A stretch of 53,075 bases of DNA, filler included, from Sphacelaria rigidula (taxonomy: Eukaryota), in NCBI GenBank assembly GCA_964200075.2. It is 4 parts of 4 records of this genome, joined end to end, with 100 filler letters (N's around TTAATTAATTAA, not from the genome) between each part and the next. Parts side by side here need not be neighbours in the genome. Positions count along the whole stretch, not along the records: positions 1 to 13,196 come from CAXNAA020003076.1; 3 more parts are not named here. One strand, 5' to 3'. The notes under the pieces were generated by a model. It was not told where the DNA came from. It did not search any database and worked only from the letters and a program-made list of their open reading frames with translations. A program made the translations under genes and the position numbers. Positions 1 through 13,296 of the stretch are shown here, piece by piece; positions within the stretch are counted from its first letter, which is position 1, and every line of letters begins with the position of its first letter.

Positions 1-331
1 GATAACGCCAAGCACCTAATGCAATAAGGGCACAACAAACTACAATCCCCCCCCCCCCCCCCCCCCCCCATCGTTGCATCGCTCGATAGTCGATTTTCAT
101 CTCATCGGTCAGCCGTGCATTCAATTTCACATGGTCAGAGTTTGGTGCACGCTGTTTCGCACTGCACAATTTATCGGTGGGAATACTAACAGTGCGTCCA
201 TCCGACGACGAGAGATATCGAAACTCTCGTCGCCGAAGTACGAACAACACGCGAACAGATGTTGTTGACGGTGAGTTTTCCGACATTGACCGCTAGGCTT
301 CCGTGCTCTCTTGCTGGCGACGCATGCTCAC

Positions 332-3300
332 CGTCATTGGCATGTAGGAGGTGACCAAGACATAAAGACGCATGTCGAACTTTCGACCGGCCACGAGGTA
401 GGGGTTGGTGACGTACCGCTGCACGACGTATGTCTCGGGACCGTCGTCCTTTGTCTTCTCCCATCGATTATCCGACTTCCACTTGCTGATCTGGCTTAGC
501 TTCGTGACGATGAAAATCCCTCTGTTTGTAGTAATTTTTCGTAGATAATGCCCGTCAAAAAATGTTCTTGTGTAAACAGTGAAACATGCGGACGTGTGTG
601 CCTCAATAGGTTCGAAGAATGGGAAAACTTGCCACAACTTCGCGCAAGCGTTAGTCTCACCCTATTGACAACAGTCTCATGTGGCATGGAAACCGCCATG
701 TCGTCTTTTATCCGCGATTCGGAAAAGAGGACGTGTAGATCTCTGCATGCATGTCCCGACGATATCGCCACTACGGAAATAGGATCGCTAGTGCAAACGA
801 ATTCCAGCGGAAAAAAATCCCAATATCCAGATCCCCAACAATAATACACGCTTTCTGCTCCAGGCCTACTACTTCAACCGTTTTCTTCACTTACCTTCCC
901 TGCGAACGTGCGATCGGCTTCATGATCCATTTGCTGCTCGGGCGCCGCTTCAATTCCTCGGCGAACAGGGGGTACTCTCCCGGTAGCACGAACGTTGTCG
1001 GCCAAAAATCGTGGCGATCCACCTCCTCCTGCTGACCTTCTCTCTGGACACATCTTTTCCTGCTCGGCCACGAACGTTACGTCGAACGAACCACAAAAAT
1101 CGGTCGTTGGAAGGATAAGCAATTCCTGTTCTGCTGGTTCCAAGCGATGATCAACCAGAATACGTTACCCACCAATTTCGAGATTCGCCGTGACACGCAC
1201 CGATTTACCGGTACCGCCAACCAGGCGTGTCCTTAGACGTTGATTGAGCAGGGCTACTTCTGGCGGCAACGGAAAATGCCGATAATTCCAGTACCGAGAA
1301 CGCTTTGAACATCACACGCGCGCGCGCGCGCTTTGGAATCCCCCTTTGTTTTCCCAGTGATCCAGGATTTCCGTGAGGAATCCTACGCTCTTGCATACTG
1401 GGCACGTGCGCTCGATATTTCCGCGAAATACACGTGAAAAAAACGAATGCCAGCAGCAGAAGAGACAAGTTCAAACGCTTTCCTGAAATTCAACAGGAGA
1501 TACTCCCTTCTCGTTTGCTGCTGTCATACATGCACGCACGACTCTGAGGGATATATGTTGTATTTCCAGCCTGCAACGTGCACTACAAAGGCTACGCACA
1601 GTAGTACGTGTGTGTGAAAGCTGAAACCGGACATTCATTCGGTGTGTGTAACGAGGTGGTCTAGTAGTACCCCTCCCGTTACGGGGCTAGTGCCCCTCTC
1701 CTTCCTGGTTCTTTTTCGGAAACACTCAGGCCCATCCGAAATTTTCGGGACTGGCGAAGTACCTGATGACTCTCGAACGTTTAGGAGCGCCACGGCGTAC
1801 ATACAGGGCAGTTCTCCGAAGTGCTGCGTTGCAGTCCGACTTTTTCGGACTTCTCCAAATATGAAACCTCGGAGAAAAAATCATGCCGCTTTGTTTTCGG
1901 AGAAGTTGGAACGCAGAGTACGAGAAATCCGAAAATCCCCGAAATATCCGAAAAAAACAGTGACGACGATAATGAACCTCAGACCAATACAAGATATTTC
2001 CCCAGCCATAGCTCACGTGTTTCCACTCTTCTTCCTCACCTCTTCTTCAAATTCTTGACGAGAAGATCTTTCCGGCACAGTTCACGGTCATTTCGGAAGT
2101 GGTTGACCCGTTGCCAGTTGAGGAGGTGTCGCGTGTCGAAAGTATCGTATGCGATATCCCTGCCAACGAATAACAACAGTGAAATACCAGGGAAAATCCC
2201 ATCCATGAACACACAGTGCAATCTATTAGCAGCTAATGGAGTCTTGCCGGCGTGCGTAGTATCTGGCCTAAGATGCATGTAGCACCACAAATGTAGGCAA
2301 CATCAGTCACAACACTCTCTGCTGCCATCAACGGGAGGAGGAGCGAATCGTGCGCATGGCACCGTTGCCCTTCGTCGAGAAGCACCCAGTATCGGAGGAA
2401 GAAGATAATATTATAACCTATCTATCAGACCCCTTTTGTACTGGTGTAGGTTATGAAAATATGTATGAAGGTGACTATTGTGGCGATTCGGCGCCGGTTG
2501 TTGCCGTGAAAAGGGACTCTGGCGGGTCTCACCATCTCGGGAAGACTACTTGCTGAAACGTCTGAGACAAGGATTCGAGGATTACAGCACACTTTGCCAA
2601 TCTTTAATTCGTAAGCCCAGTGTGACTCTTGGGACTCAAGATCTCTCATGCATACGAGGTACCGCTTTTTTTTCTTTTCTTTTTAAGGTTATTTGTAGAT
2701 TTTTTGAATGTAAATCGAAGGGTTTTCTGGGTCGTATGCGGTTGCTGAAGGGTAAATTGATACCGTAGTCCGCCCAAAAGTCGATGCGGGTGTACGACAG
2801 ATCAGCAAAATGCGCGGCATGGAATCCTCTCGGAGAGAACCGCAAACCTTTCAGCCGCGGTGAAATCCGCCAACTTCCTTTGCAGGGCCAATATCAGCGT
2901 CGTGAACTGCCAAAACAGTTTTTTTTTTCAGAGAGACTTTCCCATATCCATGTATAATGAAAACCGCCTCGCAAATCAGCCGTCTGGAGCTACAAACTAC
3001 ACGGCAAGCAGGGTAGCCTGATTTATTTATTTGATTGATTGTCGCACTTTGACTGACCCCCCAGGGGTCCAGCCGCGGTCTCATGATAGACGTACTCAAG
3101 AAAAGCGGAATTCAAACACGCTCTAAGGAAAAACAAAACAAAACAGAAAACAATAGAAACAGGAAAAAAAAAGGAAAAGAAAAAGGGGTCGAACAGAACG
3201 ACATAGCAGACTAAGTCGTGACAAAATAAATAAATAAAAATTCAATAATAGCAAAGCGCAGAAATAAATAGCCAGCCTAAAAGACGGTTGTACTGTATTA

Positions 3301-4887
3301 TTGGCTACATATATCGCATTTTATTTTATTGTATTCAATCGATCCCCCAGGAATCCGACCGTCGCCACGAGATAGACGCACCTAGAGGTGTGTATATTGA
3401 ATTTACCGGTACATGTACTTAAAATCCTAGAGCTCGGAAATGGTACCAGTTATAACTGGCCATTATCATTATAATGGTGATAATGGTAATGGTTATAGCA
3501 TATGGCATTTTCGAGTAATGTTTTTTTAAACCATTATTTACCGTTGCTGGCTTTATAAAAGCCGTTACCGGCTACATATGCTACATGCAGCCCGTGAAAA
3601 TTGGCCCAGATTTCACATATCTTTTAGCCCTACCTACTGAATCCAACTCGCAGAACATCATGCCCCCGGCACGGCACGTCCATCGGGGCCCTCTGGGGGC
3701 GCCTCCGGCGGCCCCCCCTCTGCTGGGGTGTACTCATGATCATGCATGCCATAGTCATAAGACCATTGGCCTCGCATCCCTACAAAGCCGGGACAGAGCA
3801 CGCCGGGTTTTCGGTTTTCGCCGGACCAGGCTCGCACTCAATCACCATCACACGCGGCCATTCGGTTACGCCCCAAAAACTTTGTTCCGGTCAACTCTTC
3901 GAGCCTCCAGAGGAATTAAACGCCTCTAGAGGGTATGCGGCCCTCCAGAGGGGTGGGATCGAACGCCTCCAGAGGCTTGTTTTGCCTCTGGAAGGCCGCG
4001 CACCCTCTTGAGGAACTTGGAGGATGCGCAGCCCTTCAGAGCACCATTTTTTTTGTTACTCTCGAGGGATTCAGACCTCAGAAGTCACTGGAACATCAGA
4101 TGCCCTCCAGAGAATTCGTTTTATGACCGGAACTGAGTATGAAACTTCCTCCAGAGCGTATTTTTATCCTCGGGAGGGTCACTAACCATTTACGAGCTCT
4201 ATCAAATTCACTTGAACACCAAATGCACGGTACATGCGCATCATGCGAAGACAAACTGCCTTGTAATCTGAGATGAAACACCGTTGGACCACTTGATGTG
4301 AAGTACAATCCCTTTGAGAGTGAACTCCCAAGCGGAGAAGAGCTGTTCAGCCGCAACAGGGTTGGGGGCACCTGTCGGTGTTGAAAAGTCAGCCGGTGAA
4401 ATTGTTGCGAAAGAAGGTCCGGTGGCTAGGGAATACTGCCTACTCGTACTACTACTGTTGTTGTAGAGAACAGTAATGTTTTGGAAGTCTCCCTGAGACT
4501 CCCTCCATCTTTCTTCGAGGATGAAGGAAAGACATGATATTTATCATGCCCGAAGAGTATATTTACATGGTGCTCGAGATCAAAGCAGAAAAACCACATC
4601 GGTTGACCCTACTTCACATCAGGTGGGGTATTGTAAACAAAAACATATTGAATGAATTTAATGAACACTACCGACCAGCGGTACAGCAGGAGCGCCGTTT
4701 GTTGTGCTGTGATGACTCGTCCTCCTGACTTCAAACGGTGCGTTCACCTTTCTGCCCATATAAAGTCCCAGTCTGAATCGCTGTTGGTCTCTCGCCACCC
4801 GCGCCTTTTCATGGCCTCGTAGATGGTGTTGGTGAAGGTGGTTTTGAATTTGATGGGACCGCTTCCGGGCCTGCCTGGATCGGCCAT
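332..4887 (-). CDS. TTLL9: Tubulin polyglutamylase, TTLL9-like (first four exons; continues off the left edge)
   Basis: Exons 4887-4748, 2159-2040, 1059-895 and 521-332 have GT-AG borders and compatible phases. Spliced: MADPGRPGSGPIKFKTTFTNTIYEAMKRRGWRETNSDSDWDFIWAE-RDIAYDTFDTRHLLNWQRVNHFRNDRELCRKDLLVKNLKK-RKRCVQREGQQEEVDRHDFWPTTFVLPGEYPLFAEELKRRPSSKWIMKPIARSQG-RGIFIVTKLSQISKWK...YVVQRYVTNPYLVAGRKFDMRLYVLVTSYMPMT. WIMKP..QGRGI and YVVQRY..NPYL..GRKFDxRLYVLV are TTL-family motifs; NHFRN..EL.RK..VKNLK fits the TTLL1/9 group. Confidence 0.9.
3031..3290 (-). mobile_element. Dispersed repeat, probable non-LTR retroelement 3' end with (CAAT)n tail (family C, copy 1)
   Basis: (GATT)n followed by GTCGCACTTT.ACTGACCCCCCAGGGGTCCAGCC and GGGTCGAACAGAACGA..TAGCAGACTAA; the same blocks recur at 17846 and 51412. 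Confidence 0.7.
3725..3845 (-). mobile_element. Poly(C)-tailed retroelement 3' fragment (family B)
   Basis: Reverse complement of GATTGCGAGCCTGGTCCGGCGAAAACCCGGCGTGCT...GTAGGGATGCGAGG.CAATGG...GATCATGAGTACACCCC, seen seven times in the window. Confidence 0.75.
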
Positions 4888-5599
4888 GCTTCCCTACTGT
4901 CTATTTTGTATCTATCCACCCTACCTCTGTTTTCTATACTGTAGTTGCGAAACATACCGCTGCACACGAATCATGAGTGAGGTTGAACACGACTCGTGCA
5001 TTGTACCGTGATGATGTGTATACTACCGGCGAGTAGTTGATGGGCGTGCGCTGCACTGTGCTTCCGGCCCCGCGGAAAAAGCTTCAATGTCCTCAGAGTT
5101 ACTGTCAGCTCATGGGTATATCCACGTCATTTCAGTAGGGACAGTAGTACACACAGCAGTGAGTGACCTCGTTCTACTGTGCTGCATAGCCGACGTGAAA
5201 CCGTCACAAAAAAAAACACTCGAAAAACGCATGTGCGAATGAATACAGCGACGGTTTCATAGGTTCAAAGAAAACCAATTCGAAACGGACGGAGACACCA
5301 GACACCAGACACCAGGACACTTACCGATCAGAGACAAGAGATAAGCCAGTACAGTCCGTACGTCGTGCAACACAGCACAACAGTGAAGGACAGGACAGCA
5401 ATTCTCCGTGGTTTCCCGTCTACTGCACAGCACCGTCAGGCAAGTGGTGTGAGTTTGATTGGCCCACGCCTAGGATTCGAGCCAAAGCAACCCGGTCATT
5501 AAGTGCCGTTTTGACTGTTCACATTTCTGCACTTCAATTGGTAGCACAGGCAGCGGGTACAACAGTAAATATAGTACTGTAGACTACTCGTATAGAAAG

Positions 5600-8500
5600 C
5601 TTACAGTAGCAGTGTGACAGTACGGACGAGTACAATGCCGTGAACATTCATAACGGAAGTAGCAGACACCTTTTGGTCAAGGCTGAACACCACCGACATT
5701 TTTTGGGCAAAAACTGTGCGCTCGACGATATCATCCCTGCAGCATACGACGGAACAGGCGAGTCGAGCCGAAGGTGCTTTGCTGCCCTCTTCTCTACCGG
5801 CCGCGCGACCCATTATACGCAGGAAGACGGAGTATAGAGCAGCACTGGACTGTACAGGGTGCACCCGCTTCTGCACTCTGGTGAAGCAGCGGTGATGGCG
5901 ATGGATTCGGGAGCCTCTGCAGGTTCACCTTTAGCAACGTCATTAGCAGATGCAGGTGGGTTTGATTTGTCATCAGGAAAGATGCACTGCACTATGCTGT
6001 ACTGACTGAATTGTTCCAGCTTGGTACGCCAGGGCGAAAGCGGTGCAGGGCAGCCGCTGTCGGATGATCTGTGCCGCACAGGACAGTACTGCACAGCCAT
6101 CACGGTAGTACAACCAGTAAGAGCAGTGCATCTCATACCAAACCCAAGACTGTACCGTATATCGGCTTATTTTTGCTTCAAAGTCCCTCATGGAAAGACC
6201 TACAGTACAACAGTAGTTTTATAGTGCTACTGTGCTCCGAGATGGCACAACAGACAACAGTACAATCAGTATAGTAGTAGTATATGTCCGTCTCAATTGT
6301 ACTTTACTGAGATGACACACGCAAAAGGTTTTCCACCACACCGTTGTCGGTGCCCGTGTATCGCGTATCCTGTTGTCTATAGTAAACACCCGCATCGATC
6401 GCCTTTTTCTATGGCAATCTCGAACTTCGAGGTGGGTCTTGTAGTGTCGGATGGCTGTGTGCAACAAGGTATCTACTACAGATATCCGACCGAACTGCAC
6501 CCAACTCAAGCACACGGCACACTACCATCACACTCTTCAGCTTAAAAATTTGCTCTAGGGATGCAAGCAATATTCTTGCACGGTGTTGGATTGTTGCTGT
6601 TTTATTTGCTCTTGTTTCAGCGGTTGTTGGGTAGCATTCTGAGATTGAACGTGCTCTTCGTCACTCTCGAGCGAATGAATTTCGATATCTGGTACTCATT
6701 TAGCAAGTGATCACGATGCCAATTCAACAGATGCATTCGAGGTCTGCCCAGCCTCCTTCCTTGGCGATGTCGGGGACTAAGCATGAACCTACTCTGCCGT
6801 TGTGTCCGCCATTCCTGTAGGGAATGATTGATGTACACACGATATAGTTCGACGTACACACGTGATAGTTGCTGTACTGCAGTACAGCATACAATGCCGT
6901 GGACAATCGTAAATCAGTACACCACAACGGTGCAGTTAACAACACGTGTACAGGGGGAAGCCTTTGGACCAGTCTAATCGATTTCAAGTTCAAAGTACGG
7001 CACTTGGTTTTAGATGCCAGGCTTCGCGCTGCCCCATCATCGTTGCATTGCTGGTTGATGTAGGTCATGTGAATCTCACAAGGCCAACGCGGGGAGTTTG
7101 CAGTTTTTGCAGCGATGTGAACGCTTCGATATGTTATCCCACCAGTGCCCTGTCAGTTTGAAACCCATGCAATTCCTCCCTTCTTCTTGCACTTCATCGC
7201 CTGTTGTACAGCACCGTTCTGAACAGCACTTCAACTTTACAACAGACAGTACTGGTCTACTAAACTACAACAGACATCGTAGATGTTCACTGCGAAGTGA
7301 CGACGTAGTTCGGAATAGTTTTGTTTCTTCCACGTTCACCTCAACAATTGGTCGTCAGACTCGAGTGTTGCCTGCCAGTGCTCGATCGGTACAAGACATT
7401 TGTTGGATGATGTCCCGTTCGGAACAGGTTTTTCGATACATGCCTTCATTTCCGTTCAACTTTTACCGCCCAAACGTATTTTACGAAGGCGTTACAAGTT
7501 GCTCCTCGGACCGCTTCTGATCGAGACGGTCAGGATTTGTTTGCAGAACCCGTAGACTAGTGTTATTCCTGTTCAATAATATGGAGGCGGTATATCTGAA
7601 GGTCATGCGTCCAGGACACACCGCACCTGGTGTCTGATGATGCTGAAACTTCCAAGGTTGTGTTCTGTAGGGTACGAGCATGTCCTGTAGGGTATGGGAT
7701 TCCTTACAAAACTTACAGGAATATAACACAGATAACAAGCAGGTTTGAGACTTGTTCAAATATCTACATATTTGACGTTGCTATCCTCAACGCCCGGCCG
7801 CCGTCTCGCGCCAGACGGCACCGTGAAGCTGAGGCAGTGACACTCGGCAAAAATTCAGGACATGCTTTGAGAAACGAATGTGATGAGGACAGTTGGTAAC
7901 TGCTTGTTGGCATGACAACGGGAAACGGAGAACATTGTTTTCACGCTCATTGTCTCATTCTGGCGAAGATTATCTCGCGTAGATGTTCGTGCAAAGTTCA
8001 GAATTAAACCGCAGCGCTAAAATAAACACCACAGTATGGGTCAAGGCCTACATAGCCGTGGTTATGCTCGCCGATATCCTGACGCCCATTATTACCGACC
8101 CGATTGGTATGCTGATCAACATTTTCAGGGGCCGAATTCTAGACATTCCCCATGTCGATGGGCTACAATGGCGAAGGATCGGCATTCAAGGCCATTGTTA
8201 TATTATATTGTAGCTCCACATTTCTAAGCAGGCATGACAAAGCAGGGTTTCGTTCTCGAGAGGCATGCTGGCATATCGTTTCCTCTTGTGCGGTGTGCTG
8301 CGGTCCCTTATCACTGGAGCTCCGATGACCGACAGGTGGAACGTTGTCGGTGCACGTCTGTCGTACGTGCAGTACACCGGTGACCCCGTTACGCACGTAC
8401 ATGAGGTGATGATACAGTAACGTGTTGCAACATGACTATCGGTGCAAGAGCATTACACGAACCTCAAAACACAACCAACACACAAGTAGGAAACATGTGA

Positions 8501-10950
8501 AGGCGTCACCCCGGCGAGAACAAGGCTGATCCATAACTTTAATACCGTGGATAGTGGAAGTTTAGGGACGCAACTTCGTTGGAGGAGACATGTGGGGTTG
8601 GGAAAAGTGAAGAAGCGGCATCGAGATGTTGGTGTGACATTGATTGAGGTGCCTGCTTTGCTCATGTTGCATGTTATTACGTGGTCAACCAACGCACGAC
8701 TCTCGTCAGCCTTTCACTCGAGTCACACACGTTCATCCTTAGACCGCGGTGCGGGTAGTCCATCTGGATCACGCATACTTTTTTCAAGCGAAAATTGATG
8801 CCGATTCAGCCGGTGACCTGCCCTCGCGGTCTAAGGGTTACGATGGCTCGAATCACAACACGTGCAAGATAGCTTGAATCGCTCTTGTCTCCACAGCAGA
8901 TCGGCTCAAGGTGGCTCGAATCACGAATTCTCCTCGAATGCACCGCAAAGGTCAAGTGTACACGCGTTGACGCATCTGGTTTTTGGCATGTGTGTTCCCT
9001 TCTTCCTCCACATTGATCGCCTATTGGGCAGGATCCACACCCGTGACATACTTTCCGCCTGAAGCGCCGCTAGAGCTGCTGCCCCCGACATTCACCGCTC
9101 AGGGCGTGGTGTGTGTGTGTGTGTGTATGTGTGTGTATGTGTGTGTGGTATTTCGTTGCAGATAGCTGCGGATGATGGTCTTGGTCTTTCAGTATTGTTC
9201 CTTTTCAATAATATGGAGGCATGAGCGCGGGAGACGTGTACTTTCCAGTTGTTTAGGTCATGTTCCGCATAATCATTTTCCCGCGGTGGAAAAGGTCGCA
9301 TCACGCACGAGATCCGTCATAGCAAATATAGCAAGTGATCGCTGCTGAAAATATGTCTGTTTACGCGAGAACGGGGCGAAGTTAATGTAGGGTTCTCCAC
9401 ATGCGGGCCCCACCCCGTGCGCATCCCTCTTGAAATACACATGCGAAATATTCTGCTTGCTGTCTGTGGTCGCTGCTGCGTACCAACCGCAGCAGTGACG
9501 CCTTGGGTTGTACTGCCTGTTCACCCAGGGCAAGTATGCGTAGCCTATGTAGCTTTCATAACTTACCAGGGAAAACATGCGTGGTTCCTGTAGCCTTCGT
9601 AGCTCAGTGAGCTACACTTCAACAGAGCTAGCTCGAGCTGACAGGAGCTGATCTGTCCGACGTGTGCAATCGTATCTAGAGCTCGGGTAGCCGGCTACAT
9701 CTCGTGAAGTAAGCGCTTCCAATCTACGCAGTGACATATCTGATCTCCTTCACCACCCGCATTCCTCAGCCATGTTGGTTGCCCGTACCGCCAGCTTTGC
9801 GTGCTGATGTGGTCACCCCTCTTCCGAGGACGTGTTCCCCTCTCAACTCCGCACAATTCACACCGTGGGGCATGGTCATTTTAAGACAGCATATGACGTA
9901 AAAGCGAGACTCCTTATCAAAGAAAGCCTCCGTATTATTATTGAAGGGGATACACTGCATCTGTTCCGCTCAACGGTGGTGCAATTCTAAAAGGTTCTTC
10001 TCGCACAGTTACTGGGAAAATGTCTCACCGGGCTCGAATGTCATCTGCCAGGGTTCAAACGGTACAGTACAAAAGTGCTGCTAGGTGATGCGCCATTCGG
10101 AACAGTTTTTCCCAATACATATCTTCATTTCTGACCAACTTTCACTGCCAAGACGTACTTTTTACGGAGGCGCAACAAGTCGTCCCTCAAGCCGTATCTT
10201 ATCGAGTCAGGCGAAATCTCTTTTGCGTCGCAAAAGTTATTTGCAAATAGATCTGTGCCCGCAACGCCCACTTTGATTCTTGTCAAGAACACGTTGTTGT
10301 CCAGATGCACGTCAGATTTACGCACAGATTTGACAGTGCGACGGTTCTAGCAGCGGCCCTTGGTCCAGCATCTCTGTCCTGGGATAGGAAATACGCGACA
10401 AAGAAAGAAGCGCAACACCTACGGATTGAGCCACGGTGAAACGTGCACAGAGACCCATCGCTCACGCGCATTAGCTCCATCGCCAGCCGTTGCTCATCTA
10501 CACGCAGTAGTCTTCAACAGAAATCCATGCAGTATTGGAGGAAGTGTGTCGTGCGTGCCAAACTTAACCAAAAACGTGCCGTTGCTGACCTTGATGTGTG
10601 GGTGCGCCAGGCGCGCGTCTACCACAAACATCCTGTTTCTCGCTGAAATCTGAACCGACTCGACCAACGCCAAGCCCAACGTGCTCAGCTGATGAGCAGC
10701 CACGGCTCGAGCTCGATGTTTTTCGTTCGCGGGGGTAATCGGGCTCTCAGTTCCATGTGCTTTGGGGTCGGGTTGGGGGTTGGGTTGTATGTCACACCGT
10801 TGCATGTGCCTCTGCCGTTACTACGTTCATGTTTCCCCTCGAGCAAAGAGATGGCCGGTTCGTGTGAAGTGTTTCCTCGTCTTTTACTGGGGAGTGGTGG
10901 TATTGCATGGACCAATCACAGGTGAATGTATTTGGAACAAAGGGAATGTT
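5600..10950 (-). pseudogene. Decayed coding-like sequence (TE or gene relic) with internal paralogous segments; family not identified
   Basis: 7361-7545 aligns by eye with 10034-10225, and TTCAATAATATGGAGGC occurs near both 7572 and 9204. Minus-strand frames give related broken peptides (KIRLGGKS*TEMKACIEK vs KVRLGSESWSEMKICIGK; LHIIEQE vs LHIIEKE). Boundaries approximate. Confidence 0.35.
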
Positions 10951-11104
10951 GCCTCCAACTCGATAAGATACGACCTTATGGCCCGCGAGGCCGCCTCTCC
11001 CGTAGTAAAATTGCTGAAGACTGTACAGTCAACCCCCGCGGTATAGCTGAGTAGCGTCTCCCTGTATACAAGCCCCCCCCCCCCCCCCCCCCCCCCGATG
11101 ACAA

Positions 11105-11243
11105 GCTCGAGCCTGGTCCGGCGAAAGCCCGGCGTACTCTGTGCCGGCCTCGTAGGGGTGCGAGATCAATAGTCATTAGACCACGGCACGCAAGATCATA
11201 AGTACCCCTCCCCCCCCCTCCCCCCCTCTCCCCCCCTCTCCCC
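11105..11243 (+). mobile_element. Poly(C)-tailed retroelement 3' fragment (family B)
   Basis: CGAGCCTGGTCCGGCGAAAGCCCGGCGT...GCAAGATCATAAGTACCCC followed by a long C-rich tail; preceded by a pure C-run at about 11073-11096. Confidence 0.75.
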
Positions 11244-12963
11244 AATGGCGAGCTGTCGCGTATTTCGTAGTCCCCAAACCCTGCCTTGTATTTTATTGAT
11301 GCACAAATGCTCCGAGTCGTTTTCGAGCGCAGTTTGGAAGGGTGTCACGCTTCATGGATCAACCGTTTGACCGCCCAGTGTCTGGAATAGATCATGTGGG
11401 TCTGACAGGTCATTTTCAACCCCCTCTGTAACAAATGCAAAATTCATTTGGCACGTGCGCTCAGCAGTTCCACAAAAAAGCGCAGAGGACGGGGAGCGTT
11501 AATCTGAATTCCCGACCGTGTACCGAGGGCCATTCCTCCCAGACCTATTTTACTTTGTACGAACGCCAAATGTCATGGTAGTCTAAAGTCAATATCCCCC
11601 CCCCCCCCCTACTACTTACTGTAAGGTACAACGTCGTCTCGTGTAGGGTGCAAAAGTGGGGGAACTCTGATGGTCTCTCATTTTACAAGTGTAACACATG
11701 GTGTCGAGCCCACCGTGCCCAGCTTGTAGCACCCACCAAGAGTTGTGCCCTGATTTGCCCTGGTACGTGCTGGTTTAAGGCATATTCGTTGTGGCGGGCG
11801 AGTCTTGCGTGTACTGTCTGCGGTTGCGCTTATGAGACACCAGGTGCAGATTCAGTTTTTTTGCTCTTATTCTTCGCTGCCACAATCGCACCATGCCCAG
11901 GGTACACACAGCCGCTAGCTAGAGAAGAGCAGCTGGGCGTCATGCTCAACCGTCGGAGTGCTGTATGTACGAACAGTCCCGCGCCGCAATGACTTTGATA
12001 CTGTCCTTGACACGCGGCTCTAGGGAAACATTTTGGGATTTTCGCTGATGAATTGGGCTCTTCCGACATTAGCACGACTTTTGATTTTTTACACCCAGTG
12101 GGGTGCATTGCATACTGCGAATAACCCCTGAACGCGATCAGGTGTGAAAATAGAGGTTCCGTACTTGCGCGGCCGCCAGGAAGGATCCCCAGTAGTGTCG
12201 AAAACTGAAATCCGGCTGAGGAATCGATTGATTGAATGATCGGTTTGCTGTCGCACACGAACAGTAACCCATCTCCGAGAGATACAAAGCTGTAGAGAAC
12301 TCAATTTTTTTCATTTCCTCCTGCCCCCAAAATTGACCGTTCGGAGGAGGCGCATCATCTTCGTCCAGTGTGAAGGAAAAACTGAGCTCGGCTGAACTCT
12401 TTCATGAGCGCCGAATCAACCGTTTTCCGGGCGCGTCGATTCTGTGCTCTCGTTTCATGGTCTCAGGGCGTTTCAACCTAAGTGAGGGCCCGATTGATTG
12501 TGGGTAAAACACCCAACCATCAGAAATCAGGTCAGGATATAGGGACTCGACTCGCCGATAATGGTTGGTGTTGGATGCAAGGCAGGGGTGAGAGTATGTC
12601 AGGAGCATGATGAATGCGACAGCTACGAAACGTCGACGTTGAGTTGTGACGGCCCGCGGTGTGTAGCAGACTGTGAGCGGACCAGTGTTACTTACTCTGT
12701 GTTATTGGTGTTGGAGTGGTGGGCGATAGGCGACCTTGTATTGGCTCTTTTCGGGCACAGTCAGGACAGGGGTAAAATGGAGACAGCAGACTGGTGAACG
12801 AAAATCTGGAATCGTGGGTCCAGTCGTGGGTTTATCTCTATAGTTAGTTGTCCGCTGTTCTATCCACGATACCCTAGCCGATCACCGCCCGCCCCCCCCT
12901 CCCTCCCCCCTTCCCCCTGTCGCCCTCCCTCTCTGTTTTCTGTCTCGTCTTGCGCCCCTTTCT

Positions 12964-13128
12964 ATGATGACAGATAATATTGACGAGGTCGTGAATCGAT
13001 GTATAGAAAAACTTTTGGCGGTAATGTCCATGCGACCGGGGACGGAAGTGGCCCTTCCCGCAGCGGACATCACGCTGGTGGTGCAGCAAGCGAGAGAGGT
13101 TTTCTTGGCACAGCCGATGCTTTTAGAG
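12964..13128 (+). CDS. PP1: Serine/threonine protein phosphatase, PP1-like, N-terminal exon (rest lost at contig end)
   Basis: DNIDEVVNRCIEKLLAVMSMRPGTEVALPAADITLVVQQAREVFLAQPMLLE resembles the PP1 N-terminus (I.RLL.V...RPG..V.L...EI..L....REIFL.QP.LLE). Donor GT at 13129. A pyrimidine tract with AG at 12972-12973 means the exon may start at 12974 rather than at ATG 12964. Confidence 0.8.
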
Positions 13129-13196
13129 GTGTGTATCCTAATAATTACACCTTCAGGAGGTACTATACGCTAGTGGGTGGCGATCTTGATGGGATG

Positions 13197-13296
13197 NNNN
13201 NNNNNNNNNNNNNNNNNNNNNNNNNNNNNNNNNNNNNNNNTTAATTAATTAANNNNNNNNNNNNNNNNNNNNNNNNNNNNNNNNNNNNNNNNNNNN
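13197..13296. other. Assembly linker between contigs
   Basis: 44 N + TTAATTAATTAA (stops in all frames) + 44 N; identical at three places. Confidence 0.97.

Noticed and set aside
2636-2845. RIDFWAD peptide as an extra TTLL exon
   Set aside because: The true WDFIWAE motif is in exon 4887-4748, which already joins exon 2159-2040 in phase.
8700-8790. QMDYPHRGL as a Helitron Rep motif
   Set aside because: Lacks the following PHxH and no helicase motifs are nearby.
13241-13252. TTAATTAATTAA palindrome as a biological site
   Set aside because: Identical and centred in N-padding at three places; an artificial all-frame stop linker.
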